Positions 33,578 through 41,973 of a stretch of 64,000 nucleotides of DNA are shown piece by piece; the first letter of the stretch is position 1, and every line of letters begins with the position of its first letter. The DNA comes from Methanomassiliicoccales archaeon (GTDB lineage Archaea > Thermoplasmatota > Thermoplasmata > Methanomassiliicoccales > UBA472). Where the stretch lies: contig DATJOX010000055.1 of assembly GCA_035506675.1 (NCBI GenBank), forward strand, positions 10,951 through 74,950, given 5' to 3'. The notes under the pieces are model-generated. The model had not been told where the DNA came from and did no database searches. It saw nothing but the letters and a program-made list of their open reading frames with translations. The position numbers and the translations under genes are program-made.

Positions 33578-34615
33578 ATGGCAAGAGCGAGGATCTCATT
33601 CCCAATCGACACTCCTATGAGCCCCACCGCCAATGCTTCGAGCATGCCTGGGGCGAGGAGGTTCATTCGGGAGCTGAAGGAAGGAGAGGAGTTCGAGCTG
33701 CTGGTTTCGGTGAAGCAGAAGCGCCCTCCTCGTCAATACACCGGGGGCTACTTCTTCGAGCTCAGGGTCTCGGACCGGTCCGGAGAGAAGAACCTCAAAT
33801 TCTGGGGGCAGGGCCCGAAGGAGCAGATCGACCACCTGTACACGTCCTTCTGCCCAGGTGACGTGCTGCGCGTCAAGGGCTGCGTCTCCAAGTTCAAGGA
33901 CGTCCTCGAGCTCTCCGTGAGCGGGGACCGGGGAGGGACGCTCGAGAAGGTCCCCACCTCGGAGATCGTCATCGAGGAGTTCGTAGCAAGGAGCAAGCTC
34001 GATCCGGAAGAGCTCATGTCCAAGTTGAACCAGCACGTGAAAGCTGTGCACGACAAACACATTCGCGCCGTGCTCTCAGCCTTCTTCTCCGATGAGGACT
34101 TCGTGAACAAGTTCAAGGCCTCGCCGGCCTCGATGTGGTACCATTCCAACTGGATAGGCGGCTTGACCGAGCACACGCTGAAGGTCGTGGAGATGTGCGA
34201 GTTCCTCGCCAAGGAGTACCCGAGGCTCGATCACGATCTGCTCATCGCTGGAGCTCTCTTGCACGACGTCGGCAAAGTGCGCGAGTATGTTGTCAGCACG
34301 AACATCGACGTGACCGCCGATGGCATGCTGCGGGGGCACATCGTCATCGGAGCGGAGATGGTGGCGAGGGCCTGCGAGAAGGTGCCTGAGATGGAAGAGG
34401 GCCTGAAGCTCAAGCTCGTGCACATGGTGCTCGCGAGCCACGGGGAGGCGGAATTCGGTTCGCCGAAGAAGCCTCAATTCCCCGAAGCGCTGGCGTTGAA
34501 CTACGCCGACGATATCGACGCAAAGCTCGAGCAGTTTATGCGCATCAAAGAGGAAGCGAACACCGAGGACCCGTGGATCTGCACGAAGCGCTTCGGTCCA
34601 GTCTATCTACGCTGA
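33578..34615 (+). CDS. OB-fold plus HD-domain phosphohydrolase (YhaM-like 3'-5' exonuclease family)
   Basis: OB segment FELLVSVKQKRPP..GGYFFELRVSDRSGEKNLKFWG and HD segment HTLKVVEMC...ALLHDVGK...HGEAEFGSP. ATG 33578 lies 8 nt after AGGGTG. Alternative starts are 33569 and 33644. Confidence 0.7.
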   Translation: MARARISFPIDTPMSPTANASSMPGARRFIRELKEGEEFELLVSVKQKRPPRQYTGGYFFELRVSDRSGEKNLKFWGQGPKEQIDHLYTSFCPGDVLRVKGCVSKFKDVLELSVSGDRGGTLEKVPTSEIVIEEFVARSKLDPEELMSKLNQHVKAVHDKHIRAVLSAFFSDEDFVNKFKASPASMWYHSNWIGGLTEHTLKVVEMCEFLAKEYPRLDHDLLIAGALLHDVGKVREYVVSTNIDVTADGMLRGHIVIGAEMVARACEKVPEMEEGLKLKLVHMVLASHGEAEFGSPKKPQFPEALALNYADDIDAKLEQFMRIKEEANTEDPWICTKRFGPVYLR

Positions 34616-37126
34616 TCACTTCGGCTTCGGCGGGATGCGCAGCACCTTGGCGATCGAGCGACTCAGCTCTGACATCGTGTAAGGCTTCGTGACGATGCCG
34701 ACGAAGCCGTGCGCGCGGTAGTCAGCCATTACTGGGTCGTTCGAGTAGCCGGAGGAAACGATCGCCTTCACTTCAGGATCGAGCCATTGAAGGTGCTTCA
34801 CGGCATCCTTTCCGCCCATACCGTCGACGACCGTCAGGTCCATGATGATGACGTCGAACTTGCGCCCCTCTTTGAGCGACTCGCGATAGAGGGCGATCGC
34901 CTCCTCTCCGTTGAGCGCGGTGACTACTTCGTAGCCGAGGTGCGCGATCATGTCCCTGGCGATGTGCAGGACCGGCGTCTCGTCGTCCATCAGGAGCACG
35001 CGGCCCTTGCCCTGGAGAACGACCTCTTCACCGCCGTTGCCCACTTCTCCCTTCTTCTCCGACGCGGGAAGGAAGACGCTGAACCTCGTGCCCTGTCCCG
35101 CCGCCGATTCCATTTCGATCAGTCCGGAATGCTTCTTGACCACCGAGTATGCGATGGAGAGCCCAAGCCCCGAACCGTTCTTCTTCGTCGTGAAGTAGGG
35201 TTCGAAGATGCGTTCCTTGTTCTCGTCGGGGATGCCCTGGCCACGGTCGATCACATCGACGCGAACGTAACGCCCAGCGATCAGCGAGGGCTTCTCGTCC
35301 ACCCCCAGGATCTCGTTCTTCGCCATGACGACGATCTTGCCGCCTTCGGGCATCGCCTCTTTGGCGTTCACCAGGAGGTTCGAGAACACCTGTTCGATCT
35401 GGCCTTTGTCGATCTCTGCCCACCACAGATCCTTCGCTATCTCGACGCGATAGGAGCAGTTCGAACCGGAGAGCGCGAGGCGGACCGTTTCGCGGATAAG
35501 CTGGTCCAACGGCGCCACCGCCTTGACCGGCTCGCCGCCCTTGGAGAAAGTGAGAAGTTGAGAGGTGAGGCTCTTAGCCCGCATCGCCGCCTTCTCTGCC
35601 AGGTTGAGGCGTTCGTGCACCTGCGCCTCGTGGGGGTCCAGATCGGTCTTCGCCATGTAGATGTTGCCCAGGATCGTCGTCAGGATGTTGTTGAAGTCGT
35701 GTGCGATGCCGCCCGCTAGCTTGCCGGTCGCCTCGATCTTCTGGTAGCGGAACAGCTCCTGCTCCTGCTTCTTCCTCTGCGTGACGTCCTGCGCCACCAG
35801 CATGCCGGCGATGATCGTGCCGCCGCTGTCCTTCACGGGCACGATGACCGTGTCGTAGATGGACTCGTTGATCGTGAGCTCCAGCTGACGCGACGACCCA
35901 CGCAGCGCGTCACGGAACGAGGGCTCGATCGAGGAACAGACTTCGGGAGGATAGATCTCGAAGATCGTACGCCCGGTGTAGTTCTGCTGCAGCCCGAGGC
36001 GGTCGATGCCTTCGCCGTAGGCGAGAGTGACTCTGAGGTCGTGATCGAACACGACCACCGCGCCGTTCGGGAAGTTGCGCGCCAGCGTGCGGTACATCCC
36101 TTCGCTCTGGCGCAGCGCCTCGACGGTCGTCTGGTGTCCTCTTATCTCTAGGTGCAGCTTGCGGTTGAGGTCGGCGAGCTCGGCGGTACGCTTGGTCACC
36201 CGGTCCTCGAGGGATGCTTGCGTGTCGCGCAGCGCCTCCTCCGCGAGCTTGATCTGCGTGATCTCGTGCGCGACGATGAGGACGTGAGGTTGTCCACCAG
36301 TCAGATCGTCGACCCTCTGGATGTTCGTGCTGAACCAGCGCCTCTCGCCATCGAGGCTCACTGGGATGTCGAGGGTTGACATTCCCTCGGTTTCGATGGC
36401 CAACTTCACCTGGCGCTGGAATATCCTTGCCGAGTCCTCGGGGAAAACGTCCTCGATCAACTTGCCAACGAACTCGTCTGGCGTTCCCCCGAAGCGCTCC
36501 GCCGCTGCGGAGTTGAGGATCGAAAAGTGACCGTCATGGTCGAGCACCATTATCGGGTCGAGCGCGGTTTCGATGAGGGTACGATAGCGGATCTCGCTTT
36601 CTGCCAAAGCGCGCTCCGCCATCTTGCGGTCCGTGATGTCGGTGGTGACCGTGATGACCGAGACGACCTCCCCGCCCTGGAACATGGGGATCTTGCGCGT
36701 CTCGACGATCATCTCTCGGTCGTGAACGAGGTGCGTGTCCTGCGTGACCAGAGTGCGGCCGTTCGCAATGACCCAGTAGTACTCCTTGCGCGCCCGTTTG
36801 GGGGGCGTAGGGAAGACGTCGAACACGTAGCGACCGACGACCTCGCGGTGATCGAGCTCCCTTGCGAGCTTTCGGAAGGCCTTGTTGGCCATGAAGATGT
36901 AGAGGTGGGCGTCGACGACGTGGATGTACTCCGACATCGAGTCGATGATGTCTTTGTACAGCCAACGCGGCTCCGTCTCGCTCGAGGGAACTTGGCCCAT
37001 TAGTCCTATCGCAACCTGTTGAGCCAATTCCTCACCCTTCACGATCGCCCAATCGCTCTCACTGGAACGATTTGATTGTGTTTTATCCTCACTCAACTCG
37101 CTGGCCATCTTCCCTCGTTCAAACAT
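34616..37126 (-). CDS. Hybrid sensor histidine kinase (multiple PAS domains, HisKA, HATPase_c, C-terminal receiver)
   Basis: At least 4 PAS-like units, H-box GIAHDFNNILT, ATPase boxes (NLLVNAKEAM, DRGQGIP, GSGLGLS), and a receiver domain (VLLMDDE...DVIIMDLTV). The start is ATG 37126 or 37108. Confidence 0.85.
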   Translation of the reverse strand: MFERGKMASELSEDKTQSNRSSESDWAIVKGEELAQQVAIGLMGQVPSSETEPRWLYKDIIDSMSEYIHVVDAHLYIFMANKAFRKLARELDHREVVGRYVFDVFPTPPKRARKEYYWVIANGRTLVTQDTHLVHDREMIVETRKIPMFQGGEVVSVITVTTDITDRKMAERALAESEIRYRTLIETALDPIMVLDHDGHFSILNSAAAERFGGTPDEFVGKLIEDVFPEDSARIFQRQVKLAIETEGMSTLDIPVSLDGERRWFSTNIQRVDDLTGGQPHVLIVAHEITQIKLAEEALRDTQASLEDRVTKRTAELADLNRKLHLEIRGHQTTVEALRQSEGMYRTLARNFPNGAVVVFDHDLRVTLAYGEGIDRLGLQQNYTGRTIFEIYPPEVCSSIEPSFRDALRGSSRQLELTINESIYDTVIVPVKDSGGTIIAGMLVAQDVTQRKKQEQELFRYQKIEATGKLAGGIAHDFNNILTTILGNIYMAKTDLDPHEAQVHERLNLAEKAAMRAKSLTSQLLTFSKGGEPVKAVAPLDQLIRETVRLALSGSNCSYRVEIAKDLWWAEIDKGQIEQVFSNLLVNAKEAMPEGGKIVVMAKNEILGVDEKPSLIAGRYVRVDVIDRGQGIPDENKERIFEPYFTTKKNGSGLGLSIAYSVVKKHSGLIEMESAAGQGTRFSVFLPASEKKGEVGNGGEEVVLQGKGRVLLMDDETPVLHIARDMIAHLGYEVVTALNGEEAIALYRESLKEGRKFDVIIMDLTVVDGMGGKDAVKHLQWLDPEVKAIVSSGYSNDPVMADYRAHGFVGIVTKPYTMSELSRSIAKVLRIPPKPK

Positions 37127-37363
37127 AAGTGTCCCCCGGCCGCAACAGATTGGTTCACGGACGGGCTGAGCCCTGATCTCCCCACACTGACCCTGGCCGG
37201 GGTAGGTGTCGTGCACCGGGGTTGTCCTCCAGTCATTACGCGACGTCACGTCGCCGTTCCTGCAGGGACCCATTGTACGGCACACTGTGCGCCCCCAGGC
37301 GAATGAGGGAATCACGGATCATCCCTGCGCTTCCTGAGAGCGCTCTTCTCAGCGCCGCGGAGG

Positions 37364-37375
37364 TATTAATTATTT
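37364..37375 (+). promoter_or_regulatory. TATA box (TATTAATTATTT) for the THEP1-DUF72-acd-ptaN gene string
   Basis: 27 nt before ATG 37402. Confidence 0.5.
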
Positions 37376-37401
37376 GCGCGGCGAGATTCCTTGTGCTGGA
37401 G

Positions 37402-37932
37402 ATGGGCGATAAGAGCATCCTGGTGACGGGAAGGCCAGGCGTGGGCAAGACCACCTTGGTGCGCAACGTGGCGCGGCAGACTACGGGCGCGGGCGGGTTC
37501 TACACCGAGGAAGTGAGGGAAGACGGCGTCAGAGCAGGCTTCGACATCGTCACTCTGGATGGGCAAAGAGAGGTTCTCTCCTCGGTTCACAGGAGGCTCG
37601 GTCCGAGGGTCGGCCAGTACATCGTCTCGATCGAGGGCGTCGATGGCATGGCGGTGCCAGCAGTGGAGAAGGCGATAGCGGACGGCAGACTGGTCGTCAT
37701 CGACGAGATCGGCAAGATGGAGCTCTATTCAGACAAGTTCAAGGAAGTCACGATCCGTGCTCTCAATTCAGATGTGCCGGTCCTTGCCACCATAATGTCC
37801 CGTCCAGAGGCATTCTGCGACGCGATCAAGCTTCGTGATGACGTCGAGCTCGTCGTGGTGACTTTGGAGAACCGGAACGAACTGGCAGACCGATTGCTCT
37901 CCACCCTGCGAACCTTATTATCGAATCGCTGA
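37402..37932 (+). CDS. THEP1-type nucleoside triphosphatase (COG1618)
   Basis: ILVTGRPGVGKTTLV Walker A and VVIDEIGKME Walker B; 176 aa. Confidence 0.8.
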   Translation: MGDKSILVTGRPGVGKTTLVRNVARQTTGAGGFYTEEVREDGVRAGFDIVTLDGQREVLSSVHRRLGPRVGQYIVSIEGVDGMAVPAVEKAIADGRLVVIDEIGKMELYSDKFKEVTIRALNSDVPVLATIMSRPEAFCDAIKLRDDVELVVVTLENRNELADRLLSTLRTLLSNR

Positions 37933-37946
37933 CAATTGAAACGCGC

Positions 37947-38825
37947 ATGACCGTGATCGTCGGCTGCTCCGGCTGGTCGTTCGATGACTGGGTCGGACGT
38001 TTCTACCCGATCGAGCTGGCGAAGAAGAAGGGGGAGTGGTTCTCCTACTACTCGCGGTACTTCCGCACCGTTGAGATCAACAGCACCTTCTACCGCCCAC
38101 CGAACGAGTTCATGGTCAAGGCCTGGGCGAACAAGGCGAAAGACATCGAGTTCGAGTATTCCGTGAAAATGTCGCAGCTAGTAACGCACGAGGCATTGGT
38201 CAAGGGGGAGACCCAGAAGGCGGTGGAGATGGCGAAGTCATTCGAGAAGGTGTGCGTCGATCCGCTCGCGGACGCGGGCAAGATGGGGTGCACCTTGCTG
38301 CAGCTCTCACCCTACGTTCAGAACGAAGGCAAGGCGCTCGACAATCTCAGAGCGGTTCTCGACGCGCTCGAGGGCAAACACGACTACGCGGTGGAGTTCC
38401 GACACCGCTCCTGGCTGGACGAGAGCAAGCACGAGCTCGCACCTGACGTGATCGAAATGCTCAAAGAGAGGAACGTGGCGAACGTGATCGTGGACGGGCC
38501 GGGGCTGCCGATCACGCGCACCGACACCGCCGATCACGGCTATTTCCGTCTACACGGTCGCAACTACGACATCTGGTATCGAGACGAGAAAGAGGACGAC
38601 CTCCGTCTCAACCGGTACGATTACCTCTACACCAAGGAACAACTGGAGAAGTGGGTACCACGGATCAAGGAGACCGAGAGAAAGGCGAAGGTCAGAGTGT
38701 ACTTCAACAACCACGCGTACTCGAAGTCCGCGAAGAACGCCATGGACCTCATGGACCTCCTCGGGGTGGAGCACAAGCCCAAGGACATCAAGATCACGTC
38801 GCAATACAAGCTGGACACGGGATAA
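37947..38825 (+). CDS. DUF72 (UPF0759) family protein
   Basis: GCSGWSFDDWVGRFYP...YFRTVEINSTFYRPP is the characteristic DUF72 N-terminus. Confidence 0.8.
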   Translation: MTVIVGCSGWSFDDWVGRFYPIELAKKKGEWFSYYSRYFRTVEINSTFYRPPNEFMVKAWANKAKDIEFEYSVKMSQLVTHEALVKGETQKAVEMAKSFEKVCVDPLADAGKMGCTLLQLSPYVQNEGKALDNLRAVLDALEGKHDYAVEFRHRSWLDESKHELAPDVIEMLKERNVANVIVDGPGLPITRTDTADHGYFRLHGRNYDIWYRDEKEDDLRLNRYDYLYTKEQLEKWVPRIKETERKAKVRVYFNNHAYSKSAKNAMDLMDLLGVEHKPKDIKITSQYKLDTG

Positions 38826-38875
38826 AGGCAGCCAAGCTATTTCTAGTCACCATCACAATCGCAGCCTTGGGAAGG

Positions 38876-40978
38876 ATGAAGGAGCTTTTTGAGCCGTCAT
38901 CGATCGCCGTGATCGGCGCTGCCAGGGAGGAGATGAAGGTCGGGCACATCGTGCTCAAGAACCTTCTGGATTCAGGCTTCAAAGGCAGGCTCTTCCCCGT
39001 GAATCCGAAAGCGGACGAGATCCTCGGACTCAAGTGCTACCCTCGCGTCACGGATGTTCCTGAGACGGTGGAGCTGGCGGTAATCGTGGTCCCGAACACC
39101 TTTGTTCCAAAGGTGATGGACGAGTGCGGGCAGAAGGGAGTGAAGGCGGCCATCGTAATCACCGCGGGCTTCAAAGAAACCGGCAAGGTTGGGGCGGAGC
39201 TGGAGCACAAGTTGGGCGAGGTCGCGCGCCAACATGGCATCCGCGTTCTCGGTCCGAACTGCCTTGGCATCATCAACACCCAGGCGAGGATGAACGCCAC
39301 CTTCACGAACAACTATCCGCGCGTGGGCTCGATCGCCATAAGCTCTCAGTCAGGAGCGATCTGCTCTACGGTCCTTGACTGGGCTGCGGACATCAAGGTC
39401 GGCTTCTCGAAGTTCGTCAGCGTCGGGAACAAGGTAGACGTGGACGAAGCGGACCTTCTCAGGTTCTTGCGCGACGACCCGGCCACGAAGGTCATCGGGA
39501 TGTACATCGAGGGGACAGACCGAGGGCGAGAGTTCATGAACGAGGCGTTCGCCACCTCGGTCGTCAAGCCCATCATCGCGCTCAAGTCTGGCCGGACCAG
39601 CACGGGGGCCAAGGCGGCATCCTCGCACACGGGCGCCCTCTCGGGCAGCGACAAGGTCTATGGCGCCGCCATGGAGCAGTCGGGCATCGTGCGCGCGAAG
39701 AACATCGAGGAGCTGTTCGACCTGCTGCTGGTGTTCGCCACGATGCCCCTTCCACCAGAGGGCGGGGGCGTGGCCATCGTCACCAATGCTGGAGGACTTG
39801 GAGTGCTCGCCGCCGATGCCTGCGGCGACTACGGCATCCCGATGGCCTCGTTCAGCGCCGAGACCGTCGCGAAGCTGAAATCATATCTGCCAGAGGAAGC
39901 GAATTTCTACAACCCCGTGGACGTGATCGGGGACGCGCGTACCGACCGTTACGAGTTCGCGATGCGCACGGTGATGGAGGATAAGAACGTCAGTTCGATG
40001 CTGGTGATGCTCGCGCCGACCGACCTGGTGGACATACCGTCGGTCGCGAAGCTGGTCGCTTCCTTCGCCGGCAAGACGAAGATCCCACTGGCAGCGGCGT
40101 TCGTCGGCGGGCAGGACGTATCCGAGGGAATAGTGATAATGCGCGAGGCCGGGATCCCCTGCTACGAGTCGCCTGATCGTGGGATACGCGCGCTCGCGGC
40201 GGCCTCGGAATACTCTATCCTCAGAGGGATCAAGAGCAAGAGGACGTACGCCCAGGTCAGCGGCGACAAGGACCGAGTGCGCGAGGTGCTGAGCAAGGTG
40301 CGCGGAGAGGGGCGGCTCGCGCTCTCTGAGGAGGAGGGCAAGGAGATCCTGAAGGCTTACGGTGTGCCGGTGCCGAACGAGGGTATCGCCACGGACGCGG
40401 AGGAGGCGGTCGTCCTGGCGGAGCAGATCGGCTTCCCGGTGGTGATGAAGATCGAGTCCCCCGACATCCTGCACAAGACCGACGTCGGTGGCGTGGTGGT
40501 GGGAGTGAAAGGCGCGGACGAGGTGCGCTCGCAGTTCGCGCTCATCATGGCGCGGGTGAGGACGCGGCTGCCAGAGGCGAAGCTTGAGGGGGTTTCCATT
40601 CAGAAGATGCTAAGCGGGAGGGAGGTCATAGTGGGCATGGTCCGGGACGAGCAGTTCGGGCCGGTGATCACGTTCGGCCTCGGCGGCATCTTCGTCGAGA
40701 TCATGAAGGACGTCGCGCAAAGGGTCACGCCCATCGCCAACGAGGAGATGGACGAGATGGTGCGCTCGATCCGGGCGTATCCGATCCTCGCGGGGGCGAG
40801 GGGAAGAAGGCCGGCGGACATGGCGGCGCTGAAGAACGTGATCGCGCGCGTCGCGCAAGCAGCCGAGGACTTCCCCGAGATACTTGAACTGGAGATCAAC
40901 CCCGTCATCCTGATGGATGAGGGGGAGGGATGCGGCGCGGTGGACGCGCTCGTGACGTTGCGGAGGGAGAAACCATGA
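38876..40978 (+). CDS. acd: ADP-forming acetyl-CoA synthetase (fused alpha-beta, NDP-forming acyl-CoA synthetase)
   Basis: CoA-binding start (SIAVIGAAREEMKVGH), a phosphohistidine segment (SSHTGALSG) and a C-terminal ATP-grasp domain. I chose ATG 38876; the longest ORF (38651) would overlap DUF72. Confidence 0.85.
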   Translation: MKELFEPSSIAVIGAAREEMKVGHIVLKNLLDSGFKGRLFPVNPKADEILGLKCYPRVTDVPETVELAVIVVPNTFVPKVMDECGQKGVKAAIVITAGFKETGKVGAELEHKLGEVARQHGIRVLGPNCLGIINTQARMNATFTNNYPRVGSIAISSQSGAICSTVLDWAADIKVGFSKFVSVGNKVDVDEADLLRFLRDDPATKVIGMYIEGTDRGREFMNEAFATSVVKPIIALKSGRTSTGAKAASSHTGALSGSDKVYGAAMEQSGIVRAKNIEELFDLLLVFATMPLPPEGGGVAIVTNAGGLGVLAADACGDYGIPMASFSAETVAKLKSYLPEEANFYNPVDVIGDARTDRYEFAMRTVMEDKNVSSMLVMLAPTDLVDIPSVAKLVASFAGKTKIPLAAAFVGGQDVSEGIVIMREAGIPCYESPDRGIRALAAASEYSILRGIKSKRTYAQVSGDKDRVREVLSKVRGEGRLALSEEEGKEILKAYGVPVPNEGIATDAEEAVVLAEQIGFPVVMKIESPDILHKTDVGGVVVGVKGADEVRSQFALIMARVRTRLPEAKLEGVSIQKMLSGREVIVGMVRDEQFGPVITFGLGGIFVEIMKDVAQRVTPIANEEMDEMVRSIRAYPILAGARGRRPADMAALKNVIARVAQAAEDFPEILELEINPVILMDEGEGCGAVDALVTLRREKP

Positions 40979-41970
40979 AAAGCATTTTCCTGGGCTCGGT
41001 GGTTGAACGTGCTGGCAAGAGCATGATCACCCTGGGGGTGGCGCTCAACAGCGGTCCGAAGGTCGGTTATTTCAAGCCTTTCGTGGAGACGCTAATCGGC
41101 GGCAGGGAGACGCTCGTCGACCAGGACGCCTACCTTATGCGTAAGGCTCTGAGGCTGAAGTACAAGGAGGAGGAGCTCTGCCCGTTCGTATACGACGTTC
41201 TCAAGCCGGTCACCAAGGAGGCGATCGTGGATGCGTTCCATCACGTCAGTGGGGACAAGGAGAGAATGGTCGTCGAGGGGACGAGGGACATCGTCACCGG
41301 GTCGCTGCACGGGGTCTCTGCTTCCTTCATCGCCGCGGCGGTGGGCGCGAAGGTCGTGCTGATCTCGACCAGCTCGCCGTCCGCTCTGGACAAGACCGCG
41401 ATGCTCTTCCGACACATGAAGATGCAGCAGCTGCCGTACCACGGGGTCGTGCTGAACATGTGCGACGATCCCGACGTGAAAGCGCTGCTCGAGAAGAAGG
41501 GCATTCCAGTTCTGGGCATGATCCCGGAAGTGCCCGAACTCGGATACTACACGGTCAAGGACATTGCTGAAGTGCTGTCTGCCGACGTGGTCGTGGAGAA
41601 CGGCATGGAGAACATCGTGAAGAACGTGCTCATCGGGGCGATGACGCCCGAGGGTGCGCTCAGGTACATGAGACGCATGCCGCGGAAGGCTGTGATCACC
41701 GGCGGTGATCGTGCGGACCTGCAGCTTGCCGCGCTCTCGACCGACACAGCTTGCCTGATTCTCACCGGCGGACTGTATCCAGCAAAGGTGGTCGTTTCGA
41801 AGGCCTACGAAGAAGGAGTGCCCATCCTGCTCACGCGCTACAACACGCTCGAGACGGCGGAGATGATCGATCATCTGATAGCACGCATCGATCCAGACGA
41901 CAATGAGAAGGTCGAGAAGATCAAGAGGGTCGTCGCCGAGAACGTCGACGTGAAAGCTCTCTGGAGTTGA
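40975..41970 (+). CDS. Stand-alone phosphotransacetylase N-terminal-like protein (BioD-like fold plus DRTGG domain), no PTA catalytic domain
   Basis: MKSIFLGSVVERAGKSMITLGV and a DRTGG region (VITGGDRADLQLAALSTDTACLILTGG). The ATG overlaps the acd stop (ATGA). Confidence 0.75.
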   Translation: MKSIFLGSVVERAGKSMITLGVALNSGPKVGYFKPFVETLIGGRETLVDQDAYLMRKALRLKYKEEELCPFVYDVLKPVTKEAIVDAFHHVSGDKERMVVEGTRDIVTGSLHGVSASFIAAAVGAKVVLISTSSPSALDKTAMLFRHMKMQQLPYHGVVLNMCDDPDVKALLEKKGIPVLGMIPEVPELGYYTVKDIAEVLSADVVVENGMENIVKNVLIGAMTPEGALRYMRRMPRKAVITGGDRADLQLAALSTDTACLILTGGLYPAKVVVSKAYEEGVPILLTRYNTLETAEMIDHLIARIDPDDNEKVEKIKRVVAENVDVKALWS

Positions 41971-41973
41971 TCG

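Noticed and set aside
38651-38875. N-terminal extensions of the longest ORFs (38651 for acd, 37222 for THEP1, 32462 for DUF45, 26707 for lig, 62770 for mtnP, 49005 for herA, 45554 for mre11, 18843 for TPR, 9391 for tusA).
   Set aside because: The extensions overlap upstream genes or intergenic promoters, have non-protein-like composition, and precede the family-typical N-terminus. Internal starts have a TATA box or SD motif at the correct distance.
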